Part shown: positions 27,784 to 37,102 of the stretch, piece by piece | How the letters are laid out: every line of letters begins with the position of its first letter | Numbering within the stretch: position 1 is the first letter of the stretch | From: a virus | Virus record (IMG/VR): IMGVR_UViG_3300025030_000053 | Span: 32,001-96,000 of that record | Strand: one strand, 5' to 3' | DNA length: 64,000 bases | Notes under the pieces: generated by a model | Database searches by the model: none | The model's input: the letters and a program-made list of their open reading frames with translations, nothing else | Told to the model about the DNA's origin: nothing | Made by a program: the position numbers and the translations under genes

Positions 27784-30700
27784 TTATTGACCACACGACC
27801 CACTTGAAAAATTACATCGCTTGCATCTCAAAACACAACTTTTCTCTTTGACCATATCGAGGCTTCCGCAGGCAGGACACTGCTCTAATGAAGGTTTTTC
27901 TTTAGACGAAATTCTTATAATTTCATTTGAAACAGAAAAATCTACTGATTCTATTTCTTCTGCATATATTTTTTTAACCTGTTCTATTTTCTCAACAGAA
28001 GATACTTCAACAGCATTGACGTCATTGTCGTATTCATAGGATCCAATTTTTCCTATCACATCATAGATTGATTTAGCTATTTTTACGTTCGGATGCAACA
28101 CCTGCCCGCTTGGATCTTGGGCTATAGATCTCAACATAGAGAAATATTCCTCTTGGGGGACTCCGTGTTGCAATCCAATTGACACAGAACGCCCCAGTGC
28201 TCCTAGCGCAGTCCTTGTTGCTGCATCTTCTTCGGCATAATCAATGAATATTTCACCAAGAGTCCCATCTTCATATTCGCCCGTTCTCAAGAATATTTTA
28301 TGATACGGGCCACCAAAAGGACCAATTTGAAATTCATGTGTCTGTCCGAACCTCTTGTTCGGAAGTTTCCTTCGCTGAGCAACAAAGATATTTTTCTCTT
28401 CAACTTCAATTGACTGATTCAAATCGGTCAAAAATTCTACTGACTTGGAGAGTGTATTCAATGGTTGTGAAAGTTTACAACCATCGCGATAGAGTGCCAC
28501 ACATTTAACACCCAAATCGTGTGCCAGCCAATAACAATTTTCTACATCTTCAATAGTCGCATCTTCGAAGAGATTAATTGTTTTGCTTGATGCCCCACTT
28601 AGAAAAGATTGAGCAGCAGCCAATGCTTTGATGTGAGCATTATGATGAATATATCTGTTCCCATTTCCTGCTGGGACAGCACAATCAAACACTGGATAAT
28701 GCTCTTCTTTCACATGCGGTGCCCCTTCAATTGTTTGGTTGCCACAAATATAAATATTAGCTTGTTCTACTTCTTTATCTGTAAATCCCATCGATTTCAA
28801 TATTTGTTTTCCTATATCCATAGAATATAATTGTTCTTCTGGAATCCCAATCTCGATGCAATATTCTCGCCCGAGGGTGTGAGTGTTAAACGATTGGGAA
28901 ATATGAGAGAGTGATGGCAAAGAATCTTCAATATTTGCTAATTGTTCTTCGGACATAAGCTCCAATAAACTTTCCTCATCTAATCCGAAGTCTGGTAATT
29001 GTCCATGTCCTACAATATATTTTTCAATATCATCTATTTGCTCTGAAGTGTATCCAAGTTTTAGCAGTGCTTTAGACACCATTCTATTGACTATCTTGAT
29101 ATATCCTCCACCGGCCAATTTTTTGTGTTTCACTAGCGAAAAATCTGGTTCTATGCCGGTTGTATCACATGACATCAAAAGACCAATGGTGCCACAAGGG
29201 GCCAAAAGTGTCGTCTGGGCATTTCTAAAACCATATTTTTCACCTTCAGAAAGTACTTTGTCCCATACTTTTTGCGCATAGTTTAAAAGATATTCAGGAC
29301 AAAAATTAGGATCAATACCCATCGGTGGGACATTCAACATCTCATATTCATCTATCTTAGAATTATATGTTGCTCGTCTATGATTTCTAATAATTCTAAT
29401 CATGTGTTCTTGATTAGCTTCATATCGGTTGAATGGTATTTTTTCTTTTGCCATTTCTATTGAAGTCATATAAGATTCTCCTGTCAAAATAGCAGTCAAT
29501 ACGCCGATCCAAGCCCTAGACCTGTCAGAATCATATGGAATTCCTTGAAGCATCATCAAAGCTCCAATATCAGTATATCCCAATCCAAGTGTTCGGTAAT
29601 CCTCTACGCCTTTGGCGATAGCTGGTGTTGGAAGCAAAGCAGATTCTATTGTCATCTCTAATACAGAAGTCATCAAATGAACTACATGTCTGAATTGTTT
29701 AAGATCAAATTTGCCATTCTTTTCATCAAAGAATTTAGTTAGCCTGATAGACGCCAAATTGCACGCCGAAGAATCGAGCCATACAAATTCCGAGCATTGC
29801 GAAATTAAAATACCATTTGCATATACCAAATTATTTATAGGTTCTGTAAGATTATATGTATCTTCTTTACCACTATACTCAATTGATTGAATTACTATTT
29901 GATTATTAAAATTTCTTAATTTATATTTATTATTTTCTTTAATTATAATTGTTTTTTTATTAAAACAATCTATAATTTTTTGTGCTAATCTACATTCTTT
30001 TTCATCATCGAAATCTATTATTTCATATTCATTATTTAAATTAAAATATTTAGAATCCAATTGTATATTATTTTGTAAATTATCTATTAATTTAGATTTA
30101 TTATCTTTAATTGATATATCACTAAATAATGAAATAGGCATCCCTATTTTTAGATTTTTAGTTTGAATTTTTTCTCCATTAATATACCAATTATGATTTT
30201 CTGTACATTTAATTTCTCTACCATCAGAAAGAGTAATTTTATAAACATCATTCACTCCCGTGTACATATACGCCACTGGTCGACTAACAACGCCACCTTT
30301 GGTATATACCTCAGTCATAATTCCTAAATAAGACTTTTTTACTAACTCCTCAATTGTAATTAAACCATCTGGTGTAGCAATGCGTGTATCACCAGTAAAG
30401 CATGGATTGGTTGCGTGTATTTCACCATCATTCAAACAAGTATTCCAAGAGTTCATCGTATCTTTGTAATGAACTCCCGGATCAGCGCTCAACCATGCAG
30501 AGTAGCACAGCTTGTTCCACAACAAATTAGCGTCAATTGTTTTATAAATTTTTCCATCTGTTCTATTAGTCAGATTCCATTCTGAATTCTTTTTTACAGA
30601 ATTTAGAAAATTATCTGTTATGCAGATAGAATTATTAGAATTTTGTCCAGATATTGTATGATATGCCTCATCATTGAAATCATTAGTTAATTGAATAAAT

Positions 30701-32841
30701 TCCATTTTATTTTTACCTTGTTTGGCTATGTCTATGGCTCTTTTTATATAATTTATTTCAATATTATGAGATAATGCAAGGTTTATTAGATTTTTAATTT
30801 TTTTATGTTTATAAGAAGCATTTTTGCCCAATTCTTGCCAACATCTAATTATTTCGTTCAGAATTTGATCATTAGATTTAGACCCGGACAGCATTGACGC
30901 CACTTTCTGTTCCTCATTCACTTTCCAATCGATGAATTCTTCAATTTCTGGATGATCAATGTCCAAACTTACCATCTTCGCAGATCTTCTCGTATTAAAT
31001 ACAGCTATGCCAGATCCAGATATCTCAGAGGTAGACCAGATTACGAAATTATGCCCACTTTGTGGACTTTTGTCATCTGGCGTTTCGCACTCAACCTCAA
31101 TATCATATACCGGCATAATTCCTATATTTTCTACAGAAATTACTTTATGATTATTTTTATATACTTCTTTGACAAAATTATTATAATTTCCAAAATTATT
31201 ATTTATTTTCTCTTTTAATTGTTTAATAGATCCTATTCTTCCAATAACTATTTTTCGTCCATAAACATATTCTTCAAATTCATTAATAGAATATCCACTA
31301 TTTATTATTTTATATGCAAGATTCATCATTTTAAACTTTATAGATTCTTTTTGCATATCCGTGGATCTACAGGAAGATATTAAAATTTTAGATTGTTTTT
31401 CTTTAAATTTATGAACTCTATTAGTATCTTTCCAAAATTTTGAAGATTTATGCATTCCATTATTTTCACCACTATGGTCAAATTTAATCATTTGAAATGT
31501 ATGTTTACCCTCTTTAGATAAGCCCAATCCGTGCAATCGTGCATGCTGAGATTGTGTCATAATTTCAAAATTAGACGGATGATTATTGTATATGTTGCCA
31601 TCTTTATGGTGAATAATTTTTCCATCAAGTTCAATACCCATAAGATCTCTGGCAACCATTCGGTGCCAATCTTCTTTACCAGAAAATCCATCTCTTCTTT
31701 CTATCCTAGCATATCCATCTTTGCGTTTGTTCATATGGCAAGCAAATAAAGAATTTCCAGGAATCAAATTACCAGCTAATACCATTTTCCCATCAGACAA
31801 TTTTACCGGATGATCAAATGATAATTCGAATTGACCTTTATCTGTAATAATTCTGACTACTTCTTTTTCTCCCGAGTACCATGCTTCAGCCCATTTGGCC
31901 TTATATCGTTTTGCTGGAGGATCATAACTAATGACAACAAATTTATTTTTTTGATCAGATAATGTTTTAATCGGAATTGGACCTTTTTCAGTATAAACCA
32001 TCTGATGCCCAGGCAAACAAGCCCCTCCGGATTTTACAGCATCTGCCGATCTATCAAAAATTTTCAAAAATGACATTACTCCTGAAGATGTTCCCCCAGA
32101 AGATAATTTTTCTCCACGACCACGCAAGGCAGAAACATTCATTCCGTTGCCACTACCAGTCCGAAATATTTTTGCTTCACTAACTAAAGTGTCATAAATA
32201 CTTTTTTCACCGAACATAGAATCTTTAATTTCAGATACAAAACACGCGTGTGCCGCTGCTCGACAAATAGAATCATCTTTGTCCTCAAGTGTATGCACGA
32301 TTCTGCCATGTTTCTCTGAAAAATAAAAATATTCTGCATCTTGGTGTTCAATTCCGTAAGCCCATCCCAAGCCAGTATTGAAAAACTGAGGAGAATTAGG
32401 AGCGGCAATCTGGTTGATCAAAATGTAGCACAATTCATCGTAGAACACATTTGCGTCCTCCTCTAATTTGATATAACCAGTCTTGATCATCCAATACGTC
32501 CAAGTACCTGCCAAACGATGAGCCACCTGCTTCAATGAATTCTCACGCCCGAATACGCACCCTTCAGCAGGAATGCTGCGATAGAATTTTGGGAAAATGC
32601 CTTCTTCTGGCACAGGAATGGTTTCTGATGGAACCCTTGCTCTTTTGAAATATTTATTGGAAAGAATTGATGTTGCTACAGATTCCCAAAAAACAGGGAC
32701 TTCAACAGAATCCTGTTCAAAAATATAATTTCCATTGTCTTCTTTTATTTCTACTATTCTTTCTTCCCACTCCACCATATCAAAAGGCGACAAAGATCCA
32801 TCGGTATAATAACGAACGAAATTCATGTACTTGCTCCTCAA
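27784..32841 (-). CDS. nrdJ: Class II (AdoCbl-dependent) ribonucleotide reductase with two inteins
   Basis: PNSPQFFNTG, HACF, GSGNG, KSGG/TRRSAKM, NP/CSE, ACNLAS, APCGTI, SKTIN, YRDGCK; C-terminal TSCPD-like and Zn-ribbon regions. Confidence 0.95.
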   Translation of the reverse strand: MRSKYMNFVRYYTDGSLSPFDMVEWEERIVEIKEDNGNYIFEQDSVEVPVFWESVATSILSNKYFKRARVPSETIPVPEEGIFPKFYRSIPAEGCVFGRENSLKQVAHRLAGTWTYWMIKTGYIKLEEDANVFYDELCYILINQIAAPNSPQFFNTGLGWAYGIEHQDAEYFYFSEKHGRIVHTLEDKDDSICRAAAHACFVSEIKDSMFGEKSIYDTLVSEAKIFRTGSGNGMNVSALRGRGEKLSSGGTSSGVMSFLKIFDRSADAVKSGGACLPGHQMVYTEKGPIPIKTLSDQKNKFVVISYDPPAKRYKAKWAEAWYSGEKEVVRIITDKGQFELSFDHPVKLSDGKMVLAGNLIPGNSLFACHMNKRKDGYARIERRDGFSGKEDWHRMVARDLMGIELDGKIIHHKDGNIYNNHPSNFEIMTQSQHARLHGLGLSKEGKHTFQMIKFDHSGENNGMHKSSKFWKDTNRVHKFKEKQSKILISSCRSTDMQKESIKFKMMNLAYKIINSGYSINEFEEYVYGRKIVIGRIGSIKQLKEKINNNFGNYNNFVKEVYKNNHKVISVENIGIMPVYDIEVECETPDDKSPQSGHNFVIWSTSEISGSGIAVFNTRRSAKMVSLDIDHPEIEEFIDWKVNEEQKVASMLSGSKSNDQILNEIIRCWQELGKNASYKHKKIKNLINLALSHNIEINYIKRAIDIAKQGKNKMEFIQLTNDFNDEAYHTISGQNSNNSICITDNFLNSVKKNSEWNLTNRTDGKIYKTIDANLLWNKLCYSAWLSADPGVHYKDTMNSWNTCLNDGEIHATNPCFTGDTRIATPDGLITIEELVKKSYLGIMTEVYTKGGVVSRPVAYMYTGVNDVYKITLSDGREIKCTENHNWYINGEKIQTKNLKIGMPISLFSDISIKDNKSKLIDNLQNNIQLDSKYFNLNNEYEIIDFDDEKECRLAQKIIDCFNKKTIIIKENNKYKLRNFNNQIVIQSIEYSGKEDTYNLTEPINNLVYANGILISQCSEFVWLDSSACNLASIRLTKFFDEKNGKFDLKQFRHVVHLMTSVLEMTIESALLPTPAIAKGVEDYRTLGLGYTDIGALMMLQGIPYDSDRSRAWIGVLTAILTGESYMTSIEMAKEKIPFNRYEANQEHMIRIIRNHRRATYNSKIDEYEMLNVPPMGIDPNFCPEYLLNYAQKVWDKVLSEGEKYGFRNAQTTLLAPCGTIGLLMSCDTTGIEPDFSLVKHKKLAGGGYIKIVNRMVSKALLKLGYTSEQIDDIEKYIVGHGQLPDFGLDEESLLELMSEEQLANIEDSLPSLSHISQSFNTHTLGREYCIEIGIPEEQLYSMDIGKQILKSMGFTDKEVEQANIYICGNQTIEGAPHVKEEHYPVFDCAVPAGNGNRYIHHNAHIKALAAAQSFLSGASSKTINLFEDATIEDVENCYWLAHDLGVKCVALYRDGCKLSQPLNTLSKSVEFLTDLNQSIEVEEKNIFVAQRRKLPNKRFGQTHEFQIGPFGGPYHKIFLRTGEYEDGTLGEIFIDYAEEDAATRTALGALGRSVSIGLQHGVPQEEYFSMLRSIAQDPSGQVLHPNVKIAKSIYDVIGKIGSYEYDNDVNAVEVSSVEKIEQVKKIYAEEIESVDFSVSNEIIRISSKEKPSLEQCPACGSLDMVKEKSCVLRCKRCNFSSGSCGQ
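29797..30402 (-). mobile_element. Intein 2 in NrdJ (202 aa), Gln-terminated
   Basis: ATNP|CFTGDT...CTENH...TYNLTEP...ANGILISQ|CSEF. Removing it restores the NPCSE active-site loop. Confidence 0.9.
30994..32019 (-). mobile_element. Intein 1 in NrdJ (342 aa) with HNH endonuclease
   Basis: KSGGA|CLPG...SFDH...VYDIEV...HNF...VFN|TRRSAK. Internal HRMVA...HHKDGNIYNNHPSN...HARLH. Confidence 0.9.
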
Positions 32842-33264
32842 TTAATCATTTTTAGACAATGATGTAATTGTTTTCAATTTTTTTATAATTACTTTATTAA
32901 TTTTTCTTTCAAAAATTCCAAGATATTTCAAATCGATTCCAGTGAATTGAAGTGCCATTTGTATTTCTCGCAGCATATATGCTGCAATCAGTATCACAAA
33001 CATAGATACAATTAGAATCATCGCCTGAATGACTCCAAACATCCCTAAAATCAACGTAGTCAGGATACTCCCCCAAAAACGGCGAATAAAGATTCGCAAA
33101 TCAAAGATGTCCTCCAATTCTGGATTCCTTTTTTTCATTATCTCTGAAAACAAAATATTCAACGAAGTACAAACAATATTTAACATCAATACAGAGTAGC
33201 ATAGTAAAAATGATAAACTTGATAAAACTTCTAAATATTGACTGATAAATTCATTCATCTTCAA
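32842..33264 (-). CDS. Membrane protein
   Basis: Two to three hydrophobic segments. Confidence 0.6.
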   Translation of the reverse strand: MKMNEFISQYLEVLSSLSFLLCYSVLMLNIVCTSLNILFSEIMKKRNPELEDIFDLRIFIRRFWGSILTTLILGMFGVIQAMILIVSMFVILIAAYMLREIQMALQFTGIDLKYLGIFERKINKVIIKKLKTITSLSKND

Positions 33265-33503
33265 TTCTCATAATCATATCTTCTAATATATTTAAGTTGA
33301 TCAATGGGGTTTGATCTCCTTTTTTGAGCATTTTTTATTACTTCTATGATGAATCTGTCATCAAGTTGCACGTCGTCATTGTGCTCAATCTCATACCTTT
33401 TTTTCATAGCCGCAGAATATAAAATTTCCATTATATTATTCGAGGGGGCATTTAATATTTCTTTTTCAAAATCTGACCAAAGTCTGCTAAGTCTCATTCT
33501 CAA
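33261..33503 (-). CDS. Hypothetical protein
   Basis: GGAG SD; first gene of the nrdJ operon. Confidence 0.55.
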   Translation of the reverse strand: MRMRLSRLWSDFEKEILNAPSNNIMEILYSAAMKKRYEIEHNDDVQLDDRFIIEVIKNAQKRRSNPIDQLKYIRRYDYEN

Positions 33504-33617
33504 TCTCCATTATCTTTGAAAGATAGTCTATATTAGATATAATTTGATTATAAAACCTATATCAAATATATTGTTTATTGGTAAATTTTCTATATAATAT
33601 AGAAGGAGATCAAACAA

Positions 33618-34238
33618 ATGACATATGAACAACCGCCAATACTTATGGTAAAAGGCGCCAAAGCAGGAGACAACTATATATCTAATCTATCCAGAACTAC
33701 TTCCAAAATGATTGAAGATTTTGGATATGTAGAAATGCAATCTGTTGGACCACCTTCTATCAATAACATGATCAAAGCTTATATCAAATCAAAAAATAAT
33801 TTGTTTATGAGCGACAACAGCCTGAGACTGATTTGCCAATTCGCTTATCAAAAACCATCAATTGACGACAAGATCAGGACTGCAATCCGTGGTAAATTTT
33901 TTCCAGTAAATTCTAAAATAATAATGACTCCGAAATCAGACTGCCCCATTCTTCTAGCAAAGGGGGCTGGAGCAGAGTCGAACTATATCAAATCATTATC
34001 AAATGCTATGATTCAATCATTAGATGAATATAATTGCTCACAAATTCAATCAATAGGACCAGTAGCAATTAGTAACATCATAAAATCATACATCAAGGCA
34101 AAAGGATTGATATCTGAGTACACAAATGGATTATCACTAGTGTCTCAATTTTCCTTTCATAAACCAGAAATCAATGGTGAAGTAATCACAGCAATTAGAG
34201 CCAGTATTTTTGCTATAGAAGATAAATATGTTATATAG
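33618..34238 (+). CDS. spoVS: Tandem two-domain SpoVS-like (Alba-fold) protein
   Basis: Two repeats of IL..KG...EMQSVGP.SINN.IKA.I.....L.LICQ.A....ID.K.RTAI, matching SpoVS EIQAIGAGALNQAVKA...LICIPAF....IDGEERTAI. AAGGAG SD. TTGTTT-N16-TATAAT upstream. Confidence 0.82.
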   Translation: MTYEQPPILMVKGAKAGDNYISNLSRTTSKMIEDFGYVEMQSVGPPSINNMIKAYIKSKNNLFMSDNSLRLICQFAYQKPSIDDKIRTAIRGKFFPVNSKIIMTPKSDCPILLAKGAGAESNYIKSLSNAMIQSLDEYNCSQIQSIGPVAISNIIKSYIKAKGLISEYTNGLSLVSQFSFHKPEINGEVITAIRASIFAIEDKYVI

Positions 34239-34298
34239 TTTTTTTCCTATTGAATTCGATTCCCAATATGAATATTATATATCGGGAATGGAGTCTAT

Positions 34299-35243
34299 AT
34301 GAAATGTCAAAATGCAGAAGAGGCTATTGAAAAATATCAAGAAGCAAAAAATAGCAACAACTTTTCCGAAGCAGAAATATGGTATGAAGAAATACTAACT
34401 CATTATAATCCTATAAATTACAGAAATGTATGGTGGAGAAAATACGGATGGTTATATAATTTTGAAACTAATGATTTTAATAGTGATTATATTATAAAAT
34501 TTATAGATTGTTTGAACAAATTCAAATCAAAAGATTCAAAGGGTAATTATAGAAATATAAATAATTACTTTTTTTCAGCAATCAAAAATATGTATTCTGC
34601 GATGATTTACAACATCAATAAATCAGATAATAATCCAAAAATTAGATGTCCTGCTTGTGGAAAGATAATCAAAAATGCTTATTTGCACATCAAAGAAGAA
34701 CACAATGATATTCTGTGGGAAAAAATAACAGAATTGGGAATATCTGAGCAAAGCTTTGAAAAAGGATGTCCTATTTGCCCGCATTACCTGCCTCGAAAAC
34801 AATGTAAAACTACTGATAAAAATAAAATACTAGATCATGTATTAAAGATTCATTCTTCATTACTATTTGAAAAATTTAAAGAATTATATCCAGGAAATTA
34901 TTTAGAATGCAAAGATATAATTAATATTTCAGATTTAACATCTCTATCCGAAGATGAACAAGATTTTCTAGAATTTATAGAAAATAAAAATGAAATTTCA
35001 GATATGTCTAAATCAGTATCGGTAGAAAATTTTATTTCATCAGATAAAACTGAAATAGAAAAATATATTGTAGATTATATTTTTGATGCAAGATTGTCAT
35101 CCATAGACGACGGAAAGATGAACCATAGAAAAATAAATAAATGGCTTGAAAAATGTAATATAAATCTTTCAATATCTAAAAAAGAATATGATTTATCTAT
35201 CGAGTCATTGAAATGCAAGTTGATTGAATCTGGAATATTTTAA
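34299..35243 (+). CDS. Divergent sigma70-like protein with two inserted C2H2-type fingers
   Basis: Region-2-like DF..D....F..CL.KF.....NINNYFFSAIKN, then CPACG-x8-H-x4-H and CPICP...H-x4-H, then a region-4-like end. Confidence 0.45.
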   Translation: MKCQNAEEAIEKYQEAKNSNNFSEAEIWYEEILTHYNPINYRNVWWRKYGWLYNFETNDFNSDYIIKFIDCLNKFKSKDSKGNYRNINNYFFSAIKNMYSAMIYNINKSDNNPKIRCPACGKIIKNAYLHIKEEHNDILWEKITELGISEQSFEKGCPICPHYLPRKQCKTTDKNKILDHVLKIHSSLLFEKFKELYPGNYLECKDIINISDLTSLSEDEQDFLEFIENKNEISDMSKSVSVENFISSDKTEIEKYIVDYIFDARLSSIDDGKMNHRKINKWLEKCNINLSISKKEYDLSIESLKCKLIESGIF

Positions 35244-36283
35244 TATGTTATAAGATTCACTATAGCATCAAAAATATTAGTAGATCTGTCCCAGCAAATA
35301 CTATTGTATTCACAATAATAGCACCCAAAGCAATCTGCGCGGTTTGCCCATCCTGGCTTTGCTGGAATTCTCAATTTTCCATCATTAGAATCTTCTATCA
35401 TTTCCCAAAGTTTTTTACAAGCAGAATGGATGCTATCAACTAAAAATTGATTTTTATAAATAATTAAATCACAAACAATCTGATTGTCTTTGTTTTCATA
35501 CCAAAATATAGTTTGATCAACACCAACTGCATCCATGTATGCGTTGGCTTGAATTACATGTTTCTTCTGAGGAATAGCTAATTCATAATGATATTCCATC
35601 AAATGTTCTGCCATCGATTTGCCGAATCTCATCCTTTCGCCGCACACATGGCAGATTTTATCATCTGACATATCCGATACATATTGATTTTTTAGTTCTG
35701 AGTTATAGAACAATCTTGTAAAACCTTTTGTATTTATTGATTTAATTTCTAAGATTGACGGAATCCCATTTTCAGTAATTATTCCATCAATATGCCCGCA
35801 TAAATGTATATCTGATATTTCGAATGGAACTTCTGATAAATAAAATTCATCTCCAATTTTTAATTCTGAAATATTATTTTTTATTTTGTTTTTAGTAGTC
35901 CAAACCTGATCTTTATTGTTAAACGGATATCTTCTTCCAGATTCTCCATATATAGTAGTCTTGCTGTTATATATTTGTTTTTCATTTTTTGTGTTAAAAG
36001 ATACTAATGATTTTTCTTCTTTGATGTCTATTATTTTATCTGTCATCATCAATTCGGAATCTTTAAAATACTTCTGAATTCTATCATGAGTATGATGCCC
36101 ATTATCAAATATAACTAGTACATTGTCTTTGATGTCATCATCTCCTGGAATTGACATGGTTTGGAAATAGGTTGCACGCGGGCAACCTCCGATGCTACTT
36201 GGATGAAAATGAGAATAATCTCTATCATCTGATTTGTTTCTATTTCGTAGCATATTATATATTTGTCTTCTTGACTCCGTCAT
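35240..36283 (-). CDS. Cas4-like PD-(D/E)xK exonuclease
   Basis: HPSSIGGCPR, G...H..IQ, GHIDG, LEIKS, Q.NAYM, C-terminal C..C.Y...C Fe-S cysteines. Confidence 0.85.
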   Translation of the reverse strand: MTESRRQIYNMLRNRNKSDDRDYSHFHPSSIGGCPRATYFQTMSIPGDDDIKDNVLVIFDNGHHTHDRIQKYFKDSELMMTDKIIDIKEEKSLVSFNTKNEKQIYNSKTTIYGESGRRYPFNNKDQVWTTKNKIKNNISELKIGDEFYLSEVPFEISDIHLCGHIDGIITENGIPSILEIKSINTKGFTRLFYNSELKNQYVSDMSDDKICHVCGERMRFGKSMAEHLMEYHYELAIPQKKHVIQANAYMDAVGVDQTIFWYENKDNQIVCDLIIYKNQFLVDSIHSACKKLWEMIEDSNDGKLRIPAKPGWANRADCFGCYYCEYNSICWDRSTNIFDAIVNLITY

Positions 36284-37029
36284 AAAATTATTTCCTTTTC
36301 TTTGTTTTTTATTTTATCAATTATTATTTTATTAATATCTGTATTGTTTGTTCTAATGAAATCTTCTGGATCTTGATTATCTGGCAGCCTGAAATGATAA
36401 ATATTTTTTGTATATAATGATAGCATTTCTTCAATTTTGACTCTGGCTTTATCTCCAGATTCATCTCTATCAGACATAATTACAATAGTATCTGTATATC
36501 TCAACAACAAAGCAATATGATGATAGCTGAAAACCTGAGAACCGCAAGTGGCGACGCAATTTCTTATACCATGATCATACATAGAAATGACATCCAAATT
36601 TCCTTCAACTATGATTACATAATTATTGTCTAATATATTTTTTTTATTAACATTGAGACCAAATAAATTTTTAGATTTTTCGTATGGTTCATTTATCCAT
36701 TTAGCTTTATCCCAATGATAGAAGATATCTAAACCCTTTTCATATTCTTTCAAAAGAAAACTCAATACTTTTTCTGAATCTTGATCAATTTTTCTTCCAA
36801 AAAATGACAATAAATTTCCATACACATCGTAGCAAGGAATAATAATTCTTCCCTTCAAAAATGGGAAAGGTCTATATTGGACGTGTGGCGGACAATATCC
36901 GATTTGCCAAGTATATATAGTATCTTCCGAGAATGGTCTAGATTGTATGAAATTTATTTGATTTATTCCCTCGTCTTTATCAAAGAGTGCTGCTGTAAAT
37001 AATTTGGATAGTTTCTGTTTGTCAATCAT
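36280..37029 (-). CDS. dnaG: DnaG-type primase catalytic core (no zinc-binding domain)
   Basis: GRIIIP, FFGR, KWIN, KS..LFG, VEG..DV, A.CG, D.D..G, DPED. Confidence 0.9.
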   Translation of the reverse strand: MIDKQKLSKLFTAALFDKDEGINQINFIQSRPFSEDTIYTWQIGYCPPHVQYRPFPFLKGRIIIPCYDVYGNLLSFFGRKIDQDSEKVLSFLLKEYEKGLDIFYHWDKAKWINEPYEKSKNLFGLNVNKKNILDNNYVIIVEGNLDVISMYDHGIRNCVATCGSQVFSYHHIALLLRYTDTIVIMSDRDESGDKARVKIEEMLSLYTKNIYHFRLPDNQDPEDFIRTNNTDINKIIIDKIKNKEKEIIL

Positions 37030-37049
37030 TTTAACTTCCTATTTTCTAG

Positions 37050-37088
37050 CAAAAAATCACAGAGAGATGATCTCTCTGTGATTTTTTG
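37050..37088. terminator. Intrinsic terminator after recA
   Basis: CAAAAAATCACAGAGAGAT-G-ATCTCTCTGTGATTTTTTG, a 19-bp inverted repeat with T-tracts. Confidence 0.85.
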
Positions 37089-37102
37089 AAAGCATCAATT
37101 GA

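Noticed and set aside
35240-36283. CRISPR-Cas locus
   Set aside because: Solo Cas4-like gene; no cas1/cas2 and no repeat-spacer array seen in the window.
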